A stretch of DNA of 64,000 nt from Nitrososphaerota archaeon (GTDB taxonomy: Archaea; Thermoproteota; EX4484-205; JAAOZP01): NCBI GenBank assembly GCA_011605725.1, contig JAAOZP010000009.1, positions 64,001 through 128,000 on the forward strand. Direction: 5' to 3'. Below, in pieces: positions 58,465 to 64,000 of this stretch. Position 1 is the first letter of the stretch; each line of letters opens with the position of its first letter. The translations under genes and the position numbers were made by a program. The notes beneath the pieces are model-generated. The model saw only the letters and a program-made list of their open reading frames with translations, was not told the origin of the DNA and made no database searches.

Positions 58465-60393
58465 TTAGGCATACTGCTGGCTCCTCATCGGCACGAAGAC
58501 TATTCTCTTGCTCAACTCTCGGGGGACGTAGAGTGGTCTAGTCGGCATGCCCTCAACCCTTCTCCGGAAGTATTCTGCAAACTCCTCCAGACTCATCTCC
58601 TCAACACGATCCCTCTCAAGAGTAGACTCCTCCCTCACGACGATCCTCAGGGTCCCGCTCTGCTCCTCCCTCTCGCCATAGACTATTATGAAAGGTATCC
58701 AGCGGGTCTTAGCTTCAGCAACCCTTTTAGAAACCGTCAGGCTCCTGTCGTCAACACCAACTCTAGCACCCTCCTTCTCAAGCCTTTCAGCAATCCTAAT
58801 GCTCTGCTCAAGATGTCTCTCAACATCCACAGGTATTATCCTAACCTGCTCCGGTGAAAGCCAAACCGGAAGCATCGGGGGCTTACCCTCTGAAACCCTG
58901 CCGGCAGCGTTCTCAAGCATAGCTGCAACAGCCCTTTCAACACTTCCGAACGAAGAAGCATGTATAATGACTCCAACAGGCTTCTTAACACCGTCAGCAT
59001 CATAATAGCAAATGTTGAACCTCTCCCCATTCTTCACATCCCACTGAACCGTTGAAATCTGGAGGTTCTCACCGTTCGGGAATATTGCTTGAAACTCGTT
59101 TTTGAAAGCATAGTAGTGAGTCATCTCCCTCATAAGCTTAAAGAAAGCCGGAACCCTCAGCGTCTCAACAATCCTTTTAAAAAGCCACCTGTACTTCTCG
59201 TAATACTCCTCAACAACCTCGAAGCCCAGAACCCAGTTTCCACCAGCAATAACATTATCCATAAGCCCGCCGAAAAGAACGCTCAGCCTCAAATACTCCT
59301 CAGAAGCCTGCTCCCCATCCCTGCAGAACGCATGCATGTCCGTCATCCAGAAGTTCCTAACTCTCATAAGCCCGGTGAGCTCGCCCTTCTGCTCCTTCCT
59401 GAAGCATATTGCCTCTTCATAAACCTTGACAGGCATATTCCTGTATGTGAACACGGTTTTCTGGATGAATGGGAACGCGCCTGGGTCGCTTGCAAACCTT
59501 AAAACCAGTCCATCCTCAACCCTGTAATCCCTCTCGTGGAACTCGCCCTGAAGCTGCCTTATCGCCTCGACGTCAGTCCTGTAGAGAAGCGGGTTCTGCA
59601 TCTTCATAGCCCCCCAGGGTAGGGCAATATTCTTGAAAGCGTAATCCATAATAAGGTCTTTCAAGAGAATCCCGCTTGGATACCATTTAAGGTTTCCAGC
59701 GTCGCTCTCAGGACAATAGTCGACGAGCTCGAGCTTCCTCATGTTGACGATGTGGCTGGGCTCCTCTCCTCTTCCAGCCTTCTCCTCAAGCTCGTTCTCC
59801 ACGAATTGTTTAAGCATCATTCCCCTCCTGCTCTTTAAGAATGCTTCGCAGCTCCTCCAGTTCTCCTTAGCGACCTCGTACTCCACCCCGTCCTCATCCA
59901 TAACTATGAACCTGTGGAACTTCTCCTTCTTCTCAACATGCTTCTCAACAGTCCCCGGCTTAATGCTGCGCGAAAGCTCCGCTAAAGCATGTCCCTTATT
60001 GACGAGGGTGAAGCTCTTATACCAGCCGAAAGCAGCCCTATGCGTTTCAACACCCTTCTCGCTAAGCTTCTCGTGAACCCTCTTAAGAATGCTTATTGCA
60101 CTCACTGCATCAGCCAGCTCGCTTGAAAGATGAGCGTAGGGATATAGTAGAACGCGCTCCGCCTTAACAGTTTTGAAGACGTTGAGTATCTCCTGTCCGG
60201 CTTGCTCTGCAACGCCTTCAGGATTCTTCACATCCTCTTTCTCGACGCTCGTAAAAACCACTAGAACGTTCTCAAACCTCCCTGCCCTATTAGACTCATC
60301 CAAATCCTCAGCTTTCTCAACAGCTTTTTCTCTAGCATTATACTCGAACTTCTCGCAGTGGATGAGGAGTATTCTCAAGCCCTCATATTCCAC
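58465..60393 (-). CDS. thrS: archaeal-type threonyl-tRNA synthetase with N-terminal editing domain
   Basis: ILLIHC, LYPYAHLSS, FGWYKSF...KGHALAELSR, FRKEQKGEL, GSVER, LPVWLSPEQVR. Confidence 0.95.
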   Translation of the reverse strand: MEYEGLRILLIHCEKFEYNAREKAVEKAEDLDESNRAGRFENVLVVFTSVEKEDVKNPEGVAEQAGQEILNVFKTVKAERVLLYPYAHLSSELADAVSAISILKRVHEKLSEKGVETHRAAFGWYKSFTLVNKGHALAELSRSIKPGTVEKHVEKKEKFHRFIVMDEDGVEYEVAKENWRSCEAFLKSRRGMMLKQFVENELEEKAGRGEEPSHIVNMRKLELVDYCPESDAGNLKWYPSGILLKDLIMDYAFKNIALPWGAMKMQNPLLYRTDVEAIRQLQGEFHERDYRVEDGLVLRFASDPGAFPFIQKTVFTYRNMPVKVYEEAICFRKEQKGELTGLMRVRNFWMTDMHAFCRDGEQASEEYLRLSVLFGGLMDNVIAGGNWVLGFEVVEEYYEKYRWLFKRIVETLRVPAFFKLMREMTHYYAFKNEFQAIFPNGENLQISTVQWDVKNGERFNICYYDADGVKKPVGVIIHASSFGSVERAVAAMLENAAGRVSEGKPPMLPVWLSPEQVRIIPVDVERHLEQSIRIAERLEKEGARVGVDDRSLTVSKRVAEAKTRWIPFIIVYGEREEQSGTLRIVVREESTLERDRVEEMSLEEFAEYFRRRVEGMPTRPLYVPRELSKRIVFVPMRSQQYA

Positions 60394-60427
60394 AGGCCTC
60401 GTCTATAAAAACCTTCGTTTCAGGCAA

Positions 60428-61024
60428 CTAAACCTTAAACCCGTACATGTGTTTCTCGTAGAGCCGTCTCTCTGTGTATAGCTTCCCAAGTCTCCTGCAC
60501 TCCAGCTCCCGGGCCCTATCCTCCGGCGGTATTAGCTCATAAACCCAACCCCTCTTCGTGAAGGGATAGGAGGACAGTATGCAGTCCCTCTCCGCCTCGA
60601 GAAGCGCCCGCTCCGCCTCCTCCGCAGAAAGCCCCTTGCTGGTTAGAATCTCCTTCAGCTCATCCTCGGAGAGCTCCTCCACACCCTTCTCCATGAAGAC
60701 CTCTTCGACGAGCTTTTCGAGTTCTCTAGTCCTCTGTTTCTCCATCTCCCTCCTCCCTGGAGGGATCCAGAGATACGTGAACCATGTTCCATAGTTGATT
60801 GTAATCACTTTTTCCCTCCCAGCCTCATTGATCACGTCCTCCGTGTCATCATAGGATACGCCCCTTTCCTTCAGTTTATCAAGAAGCTCTTTTCTCGTCA
60901 TTGCCTTTATTTTTCCGTCCTCGAATATGGAACTGATTAGCGAAGGAGCCTGCCGGATGGCCTCGCGCCACTTCTTAATCACCTTCTCCTCGTCTAAGTC
61001 GTCTGGGTATTCCATTTCTCTCAT
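60428..61024 (-). CDS. hypothetical protein with two tandem winged-helix-like repeats
   Basis: Internal duplication visible by eye; no family recognised. Confidence 0.7.
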   Translation of the reverse strand: MREMEYPDDLDEEKVIKKWREAIRQAPSLISSIFEDGKIKAMTRKELLDKLKERGVSYDDTEDVINEAGREKVITINYGTWFTYLWIPPGRREMEKQRTRELEKLVEEVFMEKGVEELSEDELKEILTSKGLSAEEAERALLEAERDCILSSYPFTKRGWVYELIPPEDRARELECRRLGKLYTERRLYEKHMYGFKV

Positions 61025-61257
61025 TCCTCATGACGATGTTTATCCTTCGGCAACCTAAGCCCTTCAATCACTCTGTTGCGCTCCTCCTTCTGGGTGATGT
61101 TCACGCACCACGTTATTCGATACTCGCCTTTCGCTGTGATATACATATCCTTGGGTTTGGGCTCGGGCTTCACACCGCATGTCTCCTCCGACATTTTCAT
61201 TTCCTCTTCTAAGAAGGGAGGTTTCGATTTCTCTATAATCTCCCATATTTCGGCGCG
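61021..61257 (-). pseudogene. 5'-truncated gene remnant (possibly LAGLIDADG-like C-terminus), stop overlapping the next ATG
   Basis: Open frame RAEIWEIIEK...MYITAKGEYRITWCVNITQKEERNRVIEGLRLPKDKHRHEE*; internal ATG at 61200 would give a 59-aa ORF. Confidence 0.45.
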
Positions 61258-61474
61258 CTACCGCCTTTGGGAAGTCGATGTAAACAGGCATGTCCCAGCC
61301 GGCGACACCGTCAAAGCCTCCTTTTTTAATGAGCTTCAAGGTTGTTTTAAAAGTCTGGATATTCAGAGGCGGATCTACAGAAGGCTTTCACTGGGTCTTG
61401 AAGTGTAGCGTGCGCTTCACGATTAAACTCCCAGCTGTTTTCCTTATTCTGTACTTATTTTTCGCATCGAAAAC

Positions 61475-61684
61475 TTAAGGCTTCCACCTCATCCTCTCAA
61501 CTTTATCAACGCTTCTCCTCGCCTTCTTAAACTCCTTGTAATGCGCCTCGCACAAGTATGCTCTCCTAGACTCGCCTCTAAGCCTAAGCCCTGCTTCACT
61601 AACCCTTTTAAACGCTATCGACCTTACAGCGTCAGCCTCGCATCCGGCTACGCTGCACTTAACACCCTTCTCCACCCTGCCCAA
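61475..61684 (-). CDS. small conserved archaeal zinc-binding protein
   Basis: MGRVEKGVKCSVAGC...YLCEAHYKEFKK. Confidence 0.8.
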   Translation of the reverse strand: MGRVEKGVKCSVAGCEADAVRSIAFKRVSEAGLRLRGESRRAYLCEAHYKEFKKARRSVDKVERMRWKP

Positions 61685-61729
61685 ACCCAGTCAACCCCTG
61701 CCAGCCACTTATAAAAACATTATTTTTTC

Positions 61730-62338
61730 TCAAACGACTGCCTGAACACCAGTCCTCTTAGAAGCCCAGAACTTCCAGGTCGCGTAAAGCCTCTGAAGCA
61801 CAGTAATCTGGCCGAGCACAATCATAAGTATCATGGAGAACCATATCACCCCGTCTACCAGAGGATTCAGAAAAGTAGCTGCAGATATTATAAGTATCTT
61901 CTCAACCCTCTCAAGCACGCCGACCGAAGCATCCTTCATGCCGCCGACACTCTCAGCCCTAGCCCTAACATAGCTCGACGCAATAATGCTGAACATGGTT
62001 ACGAAAGCAAGAGGCCAATCCACATACCCGCCTAAAGCCGGGCCGAGAACATAAAAAAACTCAGTATATCTATCCACTAAAGCGTCCAGGGTTCCGCCGA
62101 ACCCAGTGGCCCTGTTGCTGACCCTGGCGACAACACCGTCAAGAACATCGAACAATCCTGAGAAAAGAATTGCCACACCAGCCAGGAAAAGATGCCTGTA
62201 TGAATAGAAGAGGGTTGCGACAACCGAGGACAATAATCCTAGAATAGTCAGCCCAGTGGGAGTAATGACTGGAGCCAGGATTCTTCCAATTCTGGAGAAG
62301 AACTTCTCACTCTTTTTCCTCAGGCTTCCCAGAACCAC
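61730..62338 (-). CDS. CDP-alcohol phosphatidyltransferase (archaetidylinositol-phosphate synthase-like)
   Basis: DVLDGVVAR...GGTLDALVDR signature, SYVRARAE. Confidence 0.92.
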   Translation of the reverse strand: MVLGSLRKKSEKFFSRIGRILAPVITPTGLTILGLLSSVVATLFYSYRHLFLAGVAILFSGLFDVLDGVVARVSNRATGFGGTLDALVDRYTEFFYVLGPALGGYVDWPLAFVTMFSIIASSYVRARAESVGGMKDASVGVLERVEKILIISAATFLNPLVDGVIWFSMILMIVLGQITVLQRLYATWKFWASKRTGVQAVV

Positions 62339-62675
62339 TCTGCCCCGCCCCCTCTAGGAGCTGGAGCCTACTCTTAAGATACTCAATACCCTTCTCAAGC
62401 GTCTCCCTACCCTTATCCGTCTCCCTGTAGTAGACTTTTCTAATATTAACCCTACCGCCTTCAACTTGAGAAGGCTCCATCCTCTCCACGAGACCCTCCC
62501 TCTCCATCTTGTAAAGAACAACGTAAGCCGTTATCGTAGCAATAGGAATCTTAAAATCACTCTTAAGCCGTGAAGCAATCTCGTAGCCGTACATGGGTCC
62601 GTTTTTGAGTATTGTTAGTATGTATAGCCATAGGTTTTCCTTGGTGAGTTTTTCTACGAGTCTCTCGTATGCCAT
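62307..62675 (-). CDS. PadR-family transcriptional regulator
   Basis: PMYGYEI, YVVLYKMEREGLV, RKVYY...KG. Confidence 0.9.
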   Translation of the reverse strand: MAYERLVEKLTKENLWLYILTILKNGPMYGYEIASRLKSDFKIPIATITAYVVLYKMEREGLVERMEPSQVEGGRVNIRKVYYRETDKGRETLEKGIEYLKSRLQLLEGAGQSGSGKPEEKE

Positions 62676-62678
62676 TTT

Positions 62679-62957
62679 TTATTCTGCCCCCAGTCTTTCT
62701 TCTCTGGATCTTACTCTTACTATTCCGGCGTGGACGGCGCATGAGACGCAGTAGTATTTTGTGACGCTGACTTTTGGCAGGAAGGTTCCTGATTTTTTAA
62801 GTTCTCTGGCTAGGACTGGGTCGACGTATGAGACTCTTTTCGTTGTCTTTATTGCTTTGTCAACTGGGATTCTGCTTCCGCAATTGGTACAGCTGACGTA
62901 TTCGGACCTTCCCTTCCCGCCTTTCGACCGTCCCCTAGACTTTCTTTTCTTACCCAT
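62679..62957 (-). CDS. rps26e: 30S ribosomal protein eS26
   Basis: KKRKSRGRSKG, CTNCG...PVDKA, YCVSCAVH. Confidence 0.95.
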   Translation of the reverse strand: MGKKRKSRGRSKGGKGRSEYVSCTNCGSRIPVDKAIKTTKRVSYVDPVLARELKKSGTFLPKVSVTKYYCVSCAVHAGIVRVRSREERLGAE

Positions 62958-63018
62958 TTTTCCCATTTTACACTTGTACAAGCCCCGTATTTAGCTTTTT
63001 CATGCCACAATGTTTTAA

Positions 63019-64000
<982 letters not shown>

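Overview
Archaeal chromosomal DNA. The ribosomal protein set (including S26e) points to a TACK/Thermoproteota-type lineage; a finer assignment needs a search. About three quarters of the window is conserved housekeeping clusters: rps4-rps11-rpoD-rpl18e-rpl13-rps9-rpoN-rps2-MEMO1-mvk-fni-gltX; rpl7ae-rps28e-rpl24e-adk-infB-rps6e-eif2g-PIN-rpoE1-spt4-rps24e-rps27ae-kae1-bud32; thrC-hom; rdgB-rps15-recJ-pcc1-serS-rps3ae; rpl15e-cimA; a 10-gene lysC-asd-archaeal (DKFP-type) shikimate-pheA operon; thrS, rps26e and proS. Accessory DNA is interspersed: a 1061-aa surface metalloprotease, a 1989-aa S-layer-like protein, PIN toxin-antitoxin modules, an RHH-DUF5678/retropepsin pair and degraded cassettes. 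No rRNA, canonical tRNA, CRISPR array or transposase was recognised. The strongest leads are: (1) two conserved housekeeping genes (rpl24e, rpoE1) lack a usable ATG/GTG/TTG and have ACG and TTA in the slot where rps4 has ATG after the same GTGA-TGAGnn junction, in a window rich in TTG starts; (2) two orphan cassettes of a LAGLIDADG-like C-terminal stub plus a coupled ORFan, and a PIN deletion, all break at TAGCGCGC; (3) a catalytically eroded aspartokinase with intact ACT domains in a thr operon lacking thrB; (4) methanogen-type SerRS and a ThrRS with a Cys-to-Asp zinc-ligand swap; (5) adk in the ndk slot and an inverted rps11; (6) a candidate structured RNA before rpl15e. All family calls come from motif recognition by eye, not database searches.
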